Source: Octopus vulgaris | Taxonomy: Eukaryota | Length of the DNA stretch: 64,000 nucleotides | NCBI GenBank assembly: GCA_951406725.2 | Contig: OX597820.1 | Location: 23,250,001-23,314,000 of the forward strand | Reading direction: 5' to 3' | Part shown: positions 24,361 to 37,821 of the stretch, piece after piece | How positions within the stretch are numbered: position 1 is the stretch's first letter | Layout: every line of letters starts with the position of its first letter | Program-made: the position numbers and the translations under genes | Notes under the pieces: generated by a model | The model's database searches: none | The model's input: the letters and a program-made list of their open reading frames with translations, nothing else | What the model was told of the DNA's origin: nothing

Positions 24361-24436
24361 ATAACCTTGACTGGGATGTGCACAGGACTTGGAGAAGTAC
24401 AACCTCAAGCATCTAAAAACTTAGTGTATAAAACAA
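24361..24436 (+). CDS. C2CD5: C2CD5 exon o (ITLTGMCTGLGEVQPQASKNLVYKT)
   Basis: ggcag acceptor, A|gtaagt donor, 76 nt, phase 0-1. Confidence 0.82.
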
Positions 24437-25419
24437 GTAAGTTTCCTAAGGCAATTAATGTATATATTCTTAGGTTTCTCTCATTCTGTTTATATATTTC
24501 TGTTACATGTTTTTGCATGAATATCTTTACCTGTGCCAGTACCACGTAAAATACACCCATGCCAGTGTCATGTAAGGAGCACCTGTGCTGGTGTCACATA
24601 AAAAGTACCTAGTACACTCTGTACAGCCATAGAGACCATGCCAAAACAGACAATTAGAGCCTGGTACAGCCCTCTGGCTTGTCAGCTCCTATCAAAATGT
24701 TCAACCCATGCCAGCATAGAAAACAGATTTAAATGTTGATGATGATGATGGTTCACATTTCATTCTGTTTCCATTCCATGTTTTTGCATAAATATCCATA
24801 GCTCTTAGTTGGTCCTGCTTGGGGACCTACCCTTATCAGTTGCTGACAGTTGCTTCTGATAGGAACCTCTGGAAGTTGTGTCTAAGGACTTCTCCCCCAC
24901 TCCAATGGCCTCACAAGGCAGCAAGCTGGCAGAAACATGAGCATGCCGGGCAAAATGCTTAGTGGTATTTCATCTTCCACTACGTTCTGAGTTCAAATTC
25001 CGCTGAGGTTGACTTTGCCTTTCATTCTTTTTGAGTTGATTAAATAGATACCAGTTATGCACTGGGGATCGATATATTATTTGAAATAAGGATTTTTTTT
25101 CCCCATATAATAATGGTGTTTTTTTTTTTTACATTTTAACCATTTAGCATTTAAACCAGCCATATCTGGCTCAGTTATTCTACCTGTTTTATGTTCAGAT
25201 GGGCCTCTCACACCCATATCATTCTAAGAATAAATAACCATATCATCAGACTCTCAAAGCTGCGAAATAATACATGGTTAATTCAAAACAATGTGAATAA
25301 ATAAGCAGCACTTTAGACAAAATAATGTGAATGCTAAATGGTTAAGCAATGGCACCCACACTGAAAAAGCAATTTGAAATGTTTAATAATTTTCTATTTT
25401 GTTTTTTTTTGTTTTCCAG

Positions 25420-25542
25420 ACAATGGTTCTAACCTCCTTTTGAGTGTGCCGTCCAACAGTAGCTGTGATCAAGACCATGACTTAATGTTTCAGATGGAAG
25501 AGGTACAAGAAAGCCCTGTTACATCAAAGACATCTCAGCAAG
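25420..25542 (+). CDS. C2CD5: C2CD5 exon p (NGSNLLLSVP...DLMFQMEEVQESPVTSKTSQQ)
   Basis: ttccag acceptor, G|gtaag donor, 123 nt, phase 1-1. Confidence 0.82.
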
Positions 25543-26169
25543 GTAAGACCATTTCTGTTGTTTCAGCCCTTCCTAACGCCAACCACTCCACCCTTCCTCA
25601 CGGAGTGGTTGGCGTTAGGAAGGGCATCCAGCTGTAGAAACACTGCCAGATCAGACTGGAGCCTGGTGCAGCCATCTGGCTTCCCAGAGCCTGGTCGAAC
25701 CGTCCAACCCATGCTAGCATGGAAAACAGACGTTAAACGATGATGATGATAATGTGACAGGGGAACACATAACACTCTTGGGGGATGGCTCATCCACTTT
25801 GGATGAGCTCTCACCTGTGGCTCCAAGTAACTGTTTGATTGCAACAGCAGCCACATCCCCAATAAACCACTTCAACTTGTGGGCTAAACCAGGTGATATT
25901 AGCTAACAGATATGTAACTCTTGATGAGTTAAGGCTTGCCTACCTGTACCTATGAAGAACTGGACCTGGTAGACTCTGCAAGGTTGATTCATTTGTTTAA
26001 AAATTCTTCAAGGCAGTGCCCTAGCATGGCCACAGTCAAATGACTGAAACAAGATGAAAGATACCAGTTTTTAATCATGGTTTAAGTGTTCTGTACTGTT
26101 CCTATCTCTACATGATATATATGTATTCTTTTTTATAATTATATATTCTTCTTTTTGGTTCCCTTTCAG

Positions 26170-26210
26170 CACAAAAAACTGGCAAAACAGAAAGTGGTCT
26201 CAAGTACCAT
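26170..26210 (+). CDS. C2CD5: C2CD5 exon q (AQKTGKTESGLKYH)
   Basis: tttcag acceptor, CAT|gtaagt donor, 41 nt; needed to go from phase 1 to phase 0. Confidence 0.78.
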
Positions 26211-27299
26211 GTAAGTATGGCAATGATTATTATTATGAAGCTCATGGCTTTTCTTGTAATTTACAGAAGTGCTCGCTTCCTGTAGATGCTGGATCTGCTG
26301 GTGTCTATGCTATTAAGGGTTGTCCTGTACTTTAACCAAATCTGTAAAACATGTCTTTGAATCATACTCAAAACAGATACTGCAGTTTTCTAGATCAAAA
26401 CACCTTACAATCAGTTTTTCAAAAAAGCGAAAAGCTGTGCTCTCTCTCTGGTCACTTGACCTGCTGGAAATTGTAGCTATATCTCCTTCAAGTCAAACTC
26501 TGCCATCTTAAAAAAGAAAATAACCTAATGAGCTATTCAATAATGTTCTAAAATGATGGAAGTGTCATAGGTGTAATGTCTTTGATGACAAGACTGCTTG
26601 TTTAAGGCATACTACAGGAAGACCAAACATTACTCCAATCTTGAGTGGCTTTTGTCCTGTTGTACCTATTTACAGCTAGGTGGGTTGGGCTATTTGAGGG
26701 TAAAATGTATTTGGTCAATAGTAGACAGGTTGTATTAGGGGTAGGATATGAACAACTGACATAACTCAGTGCAGGCATGGATGGATGGTTAAGAAGCTCG
26801 CTTTACAACCACGTGGTTTAGGGTTCAGTTCCACTATGCTGCACCTCAGATAAATGTCTTAGCTCTGGGCTGACCAATGCCCATGGCTATAAAAGATCTT
26901 GGTAGAAAGAAACTGTCAGGAAGCTTACCATGTGTGTGTGTGTATTTATTCCCCTGCCACTTGGCAACCAGTGTTGGTTCTTTACATCCCCATAGCTTAG
27001 CAGTTTGGCAAAAGAGACTGATAGAATAAGCACCAGACATGAAAATAAGCCCTGGGGTCAATTTGTTTGACCTAAACTCTTTAAGACTGCTCTAGCATGG
27101 CTGCGGTCCAATGATTGAAACAATTAAAAGGTATATAAAAAAAATCAATAATTTGTCTGATTGTCCCTAATCAATATGATGGACATCAGACAACTCTGTA
27201 TTCAAAATGCAAGGCATTTTGTGTTAGTTAGAGAGTAACCTTTAAGTGTTGTACCATAACATTTAACTAGTTAACTTTTTGTCAATGACAAGAGACTAA

Positions 27300-27915
27300 G
27301 ACCTTTGGAAATATGCTGTGATTGAGAAGACCCGGCAAGTAAAGCGAGATCACAGCCGTGGCCGATGCCAGTGTTGCGTAACCAGCTCATTTAAAAGTAG
27401 CTTTGAAGCGTCGGGCAATATGATGTGTTTGAGAAGACCTGTTGACTCAAGTAAAATTGAAATTGTGGTCATTGCCAGTGCCACCTGACTGGCATTGAGC
27501 GTGGGTTGATGCCAGTATCACCTGACTGGGTTCCCGTGCCAGTGGCACGTAAAAAGCACCATGCAAACATGGTTGATGCCAGTGCTCCCTGACTGGGTCC
27601 TGTGCTGGTGATACATAAAAAGCACCATGCAAACTTAGTTGATGCCAGTGCCCCTTGACTGTCTCCCATGCCAGTCATACATAAAAAGCACCATGCAAAC
27701 ATGGTTAATACCAGTATCACCTGACTCGCTCCCATGCCAGTGGCACGTAAAAGGCACCCACTACACTCTTGGAATGCTTGGCATTAGGAAGGGCAACCAG
27801 CTGTAGAAACCTTGCCAGATCAGATTGGAGCCTGGTGCAGCCTCCTGGTTTGCCAGTCCTCAGTCAAACCGTCCAACCCATGCCAGCATGGAAAGTGGAC
27901 GTTAAATGATAACAA
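27300..27915 (+). mobile_element. Family D non-autonomous retroposon with internal ~60-bp tandem units and (GAT)n tail
   Basis: 3' module ggcgttaggaagggcatccagctgtagaaac...gacgttaaacgatgatgat. Copies: 3790-4035, 10080-10405, 10651-11010(-), 19590-20140(-), 23182-23480(-), 25602-25750, 29878-30300(-), 53300-53490(-), 62878-63050(-). Confidence 0.8.
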
Positions 27916-28235
27916 TGATACCTCTGTATATTTTAATATGAGAGCCATAATATTCTCACCTCCCATAAGGCACCTGGCTGACAGAATCATTAGCATTTCA
28001 AACAAAATGCTTAGTAGCATTTTGTTTGTTTTCACATTCTGAGTTTAATTCTGCCAAGGTCAACTCAGCCTTACATACTTTCAGGGGTCGAAAATAGAAG
28101 TACAAGTTGATCTCTGAGGTTGAGTTAATCGACTAGCCCCACCCCACTGTAAAATTGGAAACCAATATTCACACCTTTTTTCTATCTCTGTCCCTTCACT
28201 CTGTTTTTTACACACATAAACATACACGCACACGC

Positions 28236-28270
<35 letters not shown>

Positions 28271-28340
28271 GTGTTTATTGTGGCTATGTCCCTCCTGTAA
28301 CACCGTCCTATCATCACATTCTTTCTATTTCTCTGCGCAG

Positions 28341-28466
28341 ACACTTCCTCGGCACCGTCTTGGAGTCGAATTGATACCCATGTCATATGTACCAGGTGGA
28401 AAGATAGATCATTATCTTGGAAGTTATAACTTCTTCTTTATCAGGGAAAGCACATCAGTTCGAGAG
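28341..28466 (+). CDS. C2CD5: C2CD5 exon r (TLPRHRLGVELIPMSYVPGGKIDHYLGSYNFFFIRESTSVRE)
   Basis: gcag acceptor, GAG|gtgagt donor, 126 nt. Confidence 0.94.
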
Positions 28467-28537
28467 GTGAGTTTTCCTTTCCTTTTGACAAATGCTTCTT
28501 TTTTTTTTGTGTATGTTTTAATCTTCCTACTAAAATA

Positions 28538-28725
28538 CCATATGTGGTGGCATAAAAGATGCATGGGCACCTTAGACACACTCCAATTTCAGCGGAACAG
28601 ATTCAGGAAAAAGAGTGTCAGGGACAAAATTAGCTTATGGCAGGCTCAACATCACATATAAGACCCAGGGTGATTTTTTGAGACGTGGGGCGAGGGGAGT
28701 GCATCTTATATGCCATCAAATGCGA
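28538..28725. mobile_element. TA-flanked MITE (Tc1/pogo-like)
   Basis: Imperfect TIRs tggtggcataaaagatgca / tgcatcttatatgccatca. Confidence 0.5.
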
Positions 28726-29195
28726 TAGGTTTTTTTTTTTGTTAAAGCTTTCTGAAGATGTCATTTATGTTCACCCAGGTCTTCTAGGCAAGATACATTG
28801 ATTCTAATTGTCTCAGTTGATTTCGTTGACAAACGAATTCCACTCATAATTTGTGCATACTTTTCTAGGATGAACAAACTGCACCAAAGAAATTGGTCCA
28901 TTAAAATCTATCACAGTGTAAAAGGACCAAAAACAGTGATGATTTATTTAACTATGTCAATCATTTTGTTTGGTTCACATGGTTGATACCTTCACTTGTA
29001 ATCCTCATTATCATCATCATCCGTATTCTATGCTGGCATGAGTTGGGTAGCTTGACAGGATCCAACAGGTCAGACAACTGTGTTGTTGAGCTCCAATGTC
29101 TACTTTGGCATGGTTTCTGCAGCAGGATGCTCTTCTTATTGCCAACTACTTTATGGACTGTATTGAGTGTTTTTTTATGGTAGCAGTACCAGCAA

Positions 29196-29525
29196 GGCGC
29201 ATGGCTCAGTTGTTAGAGCGTCGAGCTTACAATCGTGAGGTTGTGAGTTCGAATCCTGGACCAGGCTGTGTGTTGTGTTCTTGAGCAAGACACTTTATTT
29301 CACATTACTCCAGTTCACTCAACTGTAGAAATGAGTTGCAACATCACAGGTGCGAAGCTGTATCGACCCCTTTGCCTTTCCCTTGGATAACACTTGTGGT
29401 GTGGAGAGGGGAGGCTGTTATGCATAGGCGACTGCTGGTCTTCCATAACCAACCTTGCCTGGACTTGTGCGTGGGAGGGTAACTTTCTAGGTGCAATCCC
29501 ACAGTCAGTCATGACTGAAGGGGGC
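29196..29525 (+). mobile_element. tRNA-derived SINE family C
   Basis: ggcgcatggctcagttgttagagcg...gagttcgaatcc head, gttcttgagcaagacact motif; second copy 31401-31715, fragment near 1605-1800. Confidence 0.8.
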
Positions 29526-30499
29526 CTCAACTCAACCAGCAAGGTCACCAAGCACTCACAAAAAACTATATTTTTCATATAGTCTAAATCAATTTTCTTA
29601 AAGAATGTTAACTATATCTAATATATTCTAACACTAAAAATATTGAAGTATTCATAGATTTTAGAGTGCTCACACTCTCTACAACAACAATAACAACTTG
29701 TATCTTGCCTTGAAATTCTGTTTCAGAAATAAGAGGAAGGCAAGTTGATCCGTTTCGTATCCAGAAGATGCTTGCCAGTCATTGAGCATGCAATATTTGG
29801 TCAAACATACATGCAGAGTGTAATCACTGAGGTTGATTGTTTTTTTTATATGCACATCTTATTTGTCCTTGGCCTTATCATCATCATCGTTTAACATCCG
29901 CTTTCCATGCTAGCATGGGTTGGATGATTTGACTGAGGTCTGGTGAACCAGATGGCTGCACCAGGCTCCAATCTAATCTGGTAGATTTTCTACTGTTAGA
30001 TGCCCTTCCTAATGCCAACCACTCTGAGAGTGTAGTGGGTACTTTTACATGTCACCGGCACGAGGGCCAGTCAGGCGGTACTGGCAACGACCTTGCTCAA
30101 ATGATGTTTTTTATGTGTCACCTGCACAGGAGCCAGTCCAGCAGCACTGGCAATGACCTCGCCTGAATGTTTTTTCACGTGCCATCAGCACAATTGCCAG
30201 TAAGACGACGCAGGTAGTGATCACGCTCGAATGGTGCTTTTTACGTGCCACTGGCACGGAAGCCAGTTTGTTGCTTTCACAACGATCACGCTTGGATGGT
30301 GACCTCGCCCTGAAGACAAATCACCCATGAAAACTGTTTCGTTCCTAACCTTAACTCTGACCAGATCCTAGTGAGACAGTAAAGGTCGGCAGCGGCAGTG
30401 GCGATATTGCTTTAGTTGTGCTAAAGGGAACCTGATAATAATAATAATAATAATACAAGTGATGATGATCTGTAAAAAGAAAATTATTTCTGTTTTCAG

Positions 30500-30646
30500 A
30501 TGGGAGGAGCCTGTGGTTTTATGCAAAGCTTTGTGTCAGAGGTGAAAGCTATTGTACGAGCTCATGTTGGAGCTTTAGGTGGTAATGCCATGGTTGCCTA
30601 CAAAATGAATGAATGTATTCTTCTCAACAATCCCCATAAAAACCAG
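30500..30646 (+). CDS. C2CD5: C2CD5 exon s (MGGACGFMQSFVSEVKAIVRAHVGALGGNAMVAYKMNECILLNNPHKNQ)
   Basis: ttcag acceptor, CAG|gtattt donor, 147 nt. Confidence 0.95.
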
Positions 30647-30737
30647 GTATTTAAATTTAATTATTCTTTTAGCACTTGCTAATTCCATTTACACTAATTG
30701 CACCTGAACTAACAAATAGACAAGTATTGCATCTCTG

Positions 30738-30772
<35 letters not shown>

Positions 30773-32085
30773 TGGTAAAAATTCTAACGTCAATGATATA
30801 TGCACTATTTTCTGAGAATTTTGTTAAAATATTTTTTCTTATAAATGTACTAAAATTAAATTTAATCAACTTCGGCACAGACGTAGTTGTGTGTTTACCT
30901 TGCATATTTGGTTGCCATTAGGAAAAGAAATATCTGTATTGATATTTCTTACCGGTGCAGACTACCTAGGTATCGGCATGTAATAACAATGATCGCAGAG
31001 GTTTAATGTTTGTAAAGGAAGACAACTCTATAGTGTAACTGTTTGCTTTTCATTTCAATAGGTTTTAAGATTTGTATGTCTCTTATAAGGCAGCTGACAG
31101 AACTGTGAGCTCATAAAGGCAGCAAGCTGCCAGAAACGTTAGCACGACAGGCAAAATGCTTAGTAGTATTTCGTCTGCCGCTAAGTTCTGAGTTCAAATT
31201 CCGCCAAGGTCGACTTTGCCTTTCATCCTTTCAAGGTCGATTAAATAAGTACCAGTTATGCACTGGGGTCGATATAATCGACTTAATCTGTTTGTCTGGT
31301 AAAACGGTAATCAGTTAGCTGCATTTCATTTGTCTTTACGTTCAGAGTTCAAATTCTGCCAATATATATGGTTTATTTAAAGTGTGGTATGGAAGGGTGA
31401 AGGCACATAGCTCAGTGGTTAGAGCATCAGGCTCACAATCTTGAGGTAGTGTGTTCAATTCCCAGACTGTGTGTTGTGTTCTTGAGCAAGACACTATATT
31501 TCACGTTACTCCAGTTCACTCAGCTGTAGAAATGGGTTGCGACGTCACTGGTGCCAAGCCTTATCGGCCTTTGCCTTTCCTTTGCATAACATCAGGTGGC
31601 GTGGAGATGTATGGGCAACTGCTGGTCTTCCATAAACAACCATGCCCGGAACTTGTACCTGGGAGGGTAACATTCTAGGTGCAATCCCATGGTCAGTCAT
31701 GACCGAAGGGGGTCTCAGGTCCTTTGAAATACAAGTACAACTCATTTTTGCCATCTGAGTGGCGTGGATCAATGTGAAATAAAGTGTCTTGCTCAAGAAC
31801 TCAATGTGCCACCATGTATCAAACTCACAACCTTACAATCCTGAGCCGAACACCTTAGCCACTAAGCCAAGTGCCTGATTGACATAACGAGTAATAAAAC
31901 AATTGATTATTTATTTGGTTAACTAATTAACAAATAATAAAATAAAGAAGTAAAAAAAAACCCCAGTGTTTCTGTTTATTAATTGGTATAATGACCATCC
32001 CAAGATACAACAAAACAGTATTTATGTATTTTAAAAGCCTTCTGTTGTCATTTATCTTACGTCTTGTAATATTGGTTAATTTCAG

Positions 32086-32286
32086 TGCCAGTGTCTTATC
32101 AATGTCAGTGGCGATGCTGTCAGTGTGTTATATGGCTTGGAGCTGCCTTTCGAATTAGCCAACGTGGCCAGCGGCACGCTAAGTGTCAGTCGCGGCGACG
32201 TGTCTCAAGCTCAACCCAGCGGCAGTGGTAACAACACCCTCTCTACAAACTCAAGACCCGTGTCAGATTCGCCTGTCATCTCATGA
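32086..32286 (+). CDS. C2CD5: C2CD5 terminal coding exon (CQCLINVSGDAVSVLYG...SPVIS-stop)
   Basis: ttcag acceptor, 201 nt ending in TGA; QCLINVSGDAV motif. Confidence 0.93.
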   Translation, partial: CQCLINVSGDAVSVLYGLELPFELANVASGTLSVSRGDVSQAQPSGSGNNTLSTNSRPVSDSPVIS

Positions 32287-32415
32287 CACACAGGAAAATG
32301 CTAGGATTATAACTAACACACACACACACACACACACACAAGAAAAAGGAAAAAAAAAAGACTAAGAAAATTAACAAAATCATACGATGAAATCACCAGT
32401 CTAGCCTTGATAAGC

Positions 32416-32460
32416 ATATATATGCGTATGTATGTGTATATACATATATATACATATATG

Positions 32461-32497
<37 letters not shown>

Positions 32498-32509
32498 GCA
32501 CATATATAA

Positions 32510-32540
<31 letters not shown>

Positions 32541-32557
32541 CACATGCACATATATAA

Positions 32558-32590
<33 letters not shown>

Positions 32591-32617
32591 CACATGCACA
32601 TATATAAATATATATAC

Positions 32618-32662
<45 letters not shown>

Positions 32663-32691
32663 CACATATATATATATACACATATATATAT

Positions 32692-32757
<66 letters not shown>

Positions 32758-32867
32758 ACATATACATATATATGCATATATGTATATCTATATATATATA
32801 CATATATATATATAATATATATATATATATACACATATACATATACATATATATACATATATGTATA

Positions 32868-32902
<35 letters not shown>

Positions 32903-32913
32903 ATACATACATA
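32416..32913. repeat. Compound (TA)n/(CA)n microsatellite just downstream of the C2CD5 stop
   Basis: About 500 nt of TA/CA with repeated sub-blocks (cacatgcacatatataaat x3). Confidence 0.95.
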
Positions 32914-33480
32914 CCTAACTCAAAGTTGCATCATATTGGAGTCAACAATTGCAGCTGCATCTTACAAGCTGCTGTTTAACTTCATTGTTTTTTTTTTTTT
33001 GTGAAAATTTAACTTTTTTTAACCTGCTTTTTTTTTTTATCTCATTGTGAAAAATGGATAATTATGTCTCACTAAATTTTTTTTATTGAAATTTTCATTT
33101 CCTTTGTGTTTTGTTTTATTTTATTTTTTTGTTTTGTTTTAATTTCTTTTTTGTTTGCTTTATTTTATTTTGATTTTTTAGAAAGAAGACTTTATTTATT
33201 TATTTATTTATTATTATTAATTTAATTTCTTTCATTTTGTTCAGTTTTAAGTTAGATTTTTGTCTTCATATCTAAAACACCACAAAGTTGCTCTTTTCTG
33301 TCTACTTACCCCTGCAAATGATGTTTACACTGGTTCAACTCCCATTTCCATCTGCTGTGTGTAATATCAAAGTAGTTTGTGTTTGTCTCACCATGTTCTG
33401 GGTTCAAACCCAGCTTGGATCCCTTTTGACTTTTATTCCCCAGAGAGTCAAAATAAGTACTACTCTTGATCTAAGAGTAG

Positions 33481-33568
33481 TATATACTCCACTCATATAT
33501 ACTCCACTCATATATACTCCACTCATATATGCTCCACTCATATGTACTCCACTCATATATGCTCCATT
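33481..33568. repeat. 15-bp minisatellite (tatatactccactca) x~6
   Basis: Directly visible tandem units. Confidence 0.9.
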
Positions 33569-35920
33569 CCCTTTATTCTCTAAGATGTACAACCAATATA
33601 GGAGATACTTAGTGACATTATTAATGCGATGATGGTGGTGGTGATGATGATGGTGATGGTAGTGATGGTGGTGGGGGAAGATCTTTAATGGACCAAATCT
33701 ATAATCAGTTCTTTAATCCCTATTAGACCCCTCCCCTTCATTTACATCTTTAATACCTTTAAAAGTATTAACGGGACAACTACATCTTTCTTTATGTTAC
33801 TGTATGTTTATTGTTGTTATTATTGTTGCTATTGACATCATCATCATCGTTGATGCTGTTGATGTTGTTATTGATGTTATCACTGAGTTGGTGACTTATG
33901 GGCAGTGGACGGGCAGAACCACGAGAGTGTCGGACAAAATGCTTCGTCTCTTTGGGTTCTGAGTTCATATTTCACCAAGGTCAGCTTTGCCTTTCATCCT
34001 TCCAGGGGCTGAGAAAATATAAACTGAGGTTGATTTAAATTGACTGCACCCTTCCCCCCAAAATTGTGGCCCTTGTGCCAATCTTAGAATTTGTTCTAAG
34101 CATTTCTGTTTCCTCAGTTTTCCTCTGGTGTTTACAGACAAGCATCACTTAACAGATTTTGTGTCCCTTCCCTGCCATTTCCTGATAACACTAACTGGCT
34201 TAATGGCAACAATAATTCATACACTGATGATTAGAAAGCTCTGAGATGCTTGCATTCAACAGTCTGGTTGGGGGACATTGCAAACTGGCTTGGTGTGTTT
34301 ACACCTTTCTGTCTACAGTGAGAAATTTTCTCCGTGACAAAATACAGCAAATGGATTTTTCTTGTGGGTCTGGATATCCCACAGGCATATTTGAACTGGT
34401 AACAAGTTTGTACCTTGGTTGTGGTTGGCTGCTGGTTCTGACAGATGGCAGTATCAATCATGGACGCTTTCTTTTAGTTTTTTTTTTATTATTGTTTCAT
34501 TTCATTGATTTCCTCAATGTCGTTATCCCTTTTGTTACCATATAGTAGAAGACACTTAAGCAAGTGTCTTCTACTATAGCTCTGGGCTGACCGAAGCCCT
34601 AACGAGTGGATTTGGTAGACAGAAACTGAAACAAGCTTAGGTGCACATGCGGTTATGTGGATTAAAAACTTGCTTCCCAACCATGTGGTCTCAGGTTCAG
34701 TCCCAATTTGTGGGTCCTTGAACAAGAGTCTTCTGCTATAACCCTGGGCAAATGTCTTCTGGCTATAACTCTGGGCCAACCAAAACCTTGTGAATTGATT
34801 TGTTAGATAGCAACTGAAAAAAGCCTATTGTATGTATGTATGTAGGTATGTGTGTGTGTGTGTGTGTGTGTGTATACAATAGGCTTTTTCAGTTGCTATC
34901 TAATAAATCAATCACAAGGTATATATATATATATATATATATTATAATGTACTGATCCATTATAGAAAATTCAACAAAAAAAGTACGCCATCTGGTGAGA
35001 GATAAATATTTATTTAGAGGTCACAATGCATATATTAAAGCACTATTAATAGTTTCATATTAGTAGCATTTTAATACACATATTGTGACCTTTAAATAAT
35101 ATATGTATGTGTGTGCTTGTGCATCTTTGTTTTGGCATCACATGATTGTTGTAAATGAGCATCACTGTTCTACAAGCGATGTTGTTTGTTTCCAATTTTC
35201 CATGTAAAACATGTCTGGCCATGAGGAAATATTACCTTGCTTGGAAACAAGTAAGGGTTAGAGACAGGAAGGGCATCTGGCCATAGAAAATTTGCCCTCA
35301 ACAAATTCTTTCTTATTCTTATCAGCACAAAAGAGGTGAATGTTAAAATGAAGATGATGATGATGATGATGACTTCTGTTGGAATATGCTATCTGTTTCA
35401 GTTAATTAAAAAAAAAACCAATGAAGAATTTAATGAAATACCTTTTGACGGTTATTAAACTGATGTTTGGAACATAAATTAACATGTAATTACTTCAGGT
35501 TTTAATTTAGATCAGTTACTTTAAAACAGAAAGTTTGTGCCATAGAATTAGGGGTGATCTTGGGTAGGTGGGTGGATTGGTTAAAATGGTTAATAACTAA
35601 TGTTATAATGATGATATTAGCATTCAGATTACTTGGTCAAATGTAATGTTTATTTATTCACATTGTTTTGAATTAATCATGCATTATCTTGTGGCTTTAA
35701 GATTTCAATGATGTGATTGTTTATTTTTAGAATGACATTGTTGGTTAGGTGTAAGAGGCCAAATGTGGCCAATTTAAACATACAATACATAGAATATTTG
35801 GGCCTTTTGTGGCTAATTTAAATGCTAAAAGGTTAATGATATAACCTCACTATTATGGGAAACATGTTTCTTTAGCATTATTTGAACCAGTGTAAATCAT
35901 ATAAGCACAACCTTTATCCC

Positions 35921-35965
<45 letters not shown>

Positions 35966-36163
35966 CTGCTGGAGAAGCCATGTATTCACCTCTTCAGCAA
36001 GACACCTGTTCCCATCCCTTTATATATATATATAATAAAAGGACAACAAACAGAAAATTTGACATATATATATATATATATATAAAAAACAAATGAACAT
36101 ATACTAAATACTACCTGTGTATTTAGTACATGTTCATTTGTTAATTTACTACATGTTTTTTTG

Positions 36164-36197
<34 letters not shown>

Positions 36198-37821
36198 GGT
36201 ATGTCAAAATTTCTGTTTGTTGTCTTTTTATTTAATTCTGAAAATATTATTTATGTAATGCACTCTTTAATTGTTTACCTATACACACACACACACACAC
36301 ACATACATATGTATATCATGTGATGATTGGATAGACGAGCAGGCTAACATTCTCCCTGATTAGAAGGTTACAGCCAAGTGGACTGGAGCAACATGAAATG
36401 AAGTGTTTTGCTCAAGAACACAACACATCACTCAATCCAGGAATCAAACCCACGATTACTAGATTGTGAGTGCAACACGCTGATTACTAGGCCATGCTCT
36501 TTCACATATATTATAGCATATCATATATCACATCATATTCTCTGCTCAGTTGATATCTCTAGGACTGTTGCCGTGAGAAAAAGCACCCAGTACACTTTTG
36601 TAAAGTGGTTTGTGTTGGAAGAACATCCAGACATTGAAACCATTCCAAAGCACACATTGGAACTCGGCACAGCCCTCTGGCTTTTTGGTTCCATTTGAAC
36701 TGTTCAACTCATGCCAGCATGGAAAGAGGGACAGTAAATGATAACAATATTATTGTATTAGTTTCTCCTCCCTCCCCTCCTACTTCTCTCTACCCATGCG
36801 CATCAGCCATTAGCTATTCTAGATATGAAAGAGTCAACATTATGTTGTTGTTGTTACTGCTGCAACCCAAAGTGCTACACATGCCATGTAAGAATAGAAA
36901 GTTGTGGGTGTTGAGGAATTCCTTCTCTCTTTGTAATAATATTTGTGACAGATTTTCAGAAGGTTTTGAAAATTGACTGGCAAAAGTACTTTCAGAGGAT
37001 TAGAATAGATATTCACCGAAGTGGTTATGTCTCCTTGCTTCTATTTGGAAATATATTCTATATGCAGGGCAGGGGTAGATTTAATCCCTTGCTCAGTTTA
37101 ACACCATCACCTATCCCTTGGCTTTCTTTTGTGATGTATCCTCTATTGCAGGCATTCAGGAACAGTTCTCCAGAATTAGTCGAAGCCTTGAATGGTGATT
37201 TCTTCTTCCCTTTCTCCTACTCTTGGAAGTCCTGCATAAAAATCATGGGTGCTACCCTTCATTCTGATTAAGTCATTAAAACAATGTGTGTGTATCTTTT
37301 GATTGCAAGTTTAAATTTTCATTGGGAGTGTGTAGGTTCGACATGATTTATTCACAATAATTTATCACATTGTAATTTATAACTTGTGTGTGTGTGTGTT
37401 CACATCACTTTATTGTTTATTGCATAAGTGTGAAATTCCATTGTGGAGTATAGAAAAAAAATTTGTTGAAACTCTTCAACAAATGCAAAAATACATACTC
37501 AAGGCATAAAGGCCATGAGATGACTGTCTGTGAATGACGGAAGGAGAGACAAAACTCACAACAATTCAGTTTTTCTCTGTGACTTTCCATGTGGTCACAG
37601 TAACCTGTACATGTCATAAAGACTATGATATTGTATAAGACCCTCTATCTTTATTTTCTTTTGCCTTGAGCCTGTGGGTTTATTAGGCCAGAGCTTATCT
37701 AGATTTTCATGGTGTTTAGGTTGGGAATACAAGACTCTTGCCTCCACCTCCATCCTGAACAGGACACCAATTTGTCACAGGGCTGACCTCCAAATATTAC
37801 TGGTACTCATTTTTAGCTGAA

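Larger units (their letters stand above)
3135..32286 (+). other. C2CD5: Gene span (5'-partial): C2 domain-containing protein 5, 20 coding exons in window, about 694 aa
   Basis: Manually spliced exons give a stop-free frame with compatible phases. Motifs match my recollection of C2CD5: EYPFFT..GGVVSAKSVKLLDKIHNPDEPETRDAWW, LPFMEYELHNQLINKLK, NFFFIRESTSVRE, RAHVGALGGNA, QCLINVSGDAV. Confidence 0.93.

Noticed and set aside
27480-27760. Regularly spaced repeats resembling a CRISPR array
   Set aside because: Whole ~60-bp units repeat with no unique spacers, they are internal to family D, and the context is eukaryotic with no cas genes.
32313-32918. Long YI/IY-rich ORFs up to 199 aa
   Set aside because: Translation artefacts of a (TA)n/(CA)n microsatellite.
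34224-34250. CTGATGAttaGAAA hammerhead-like core
   Set aside because: No room for stem II and no stem I partner.
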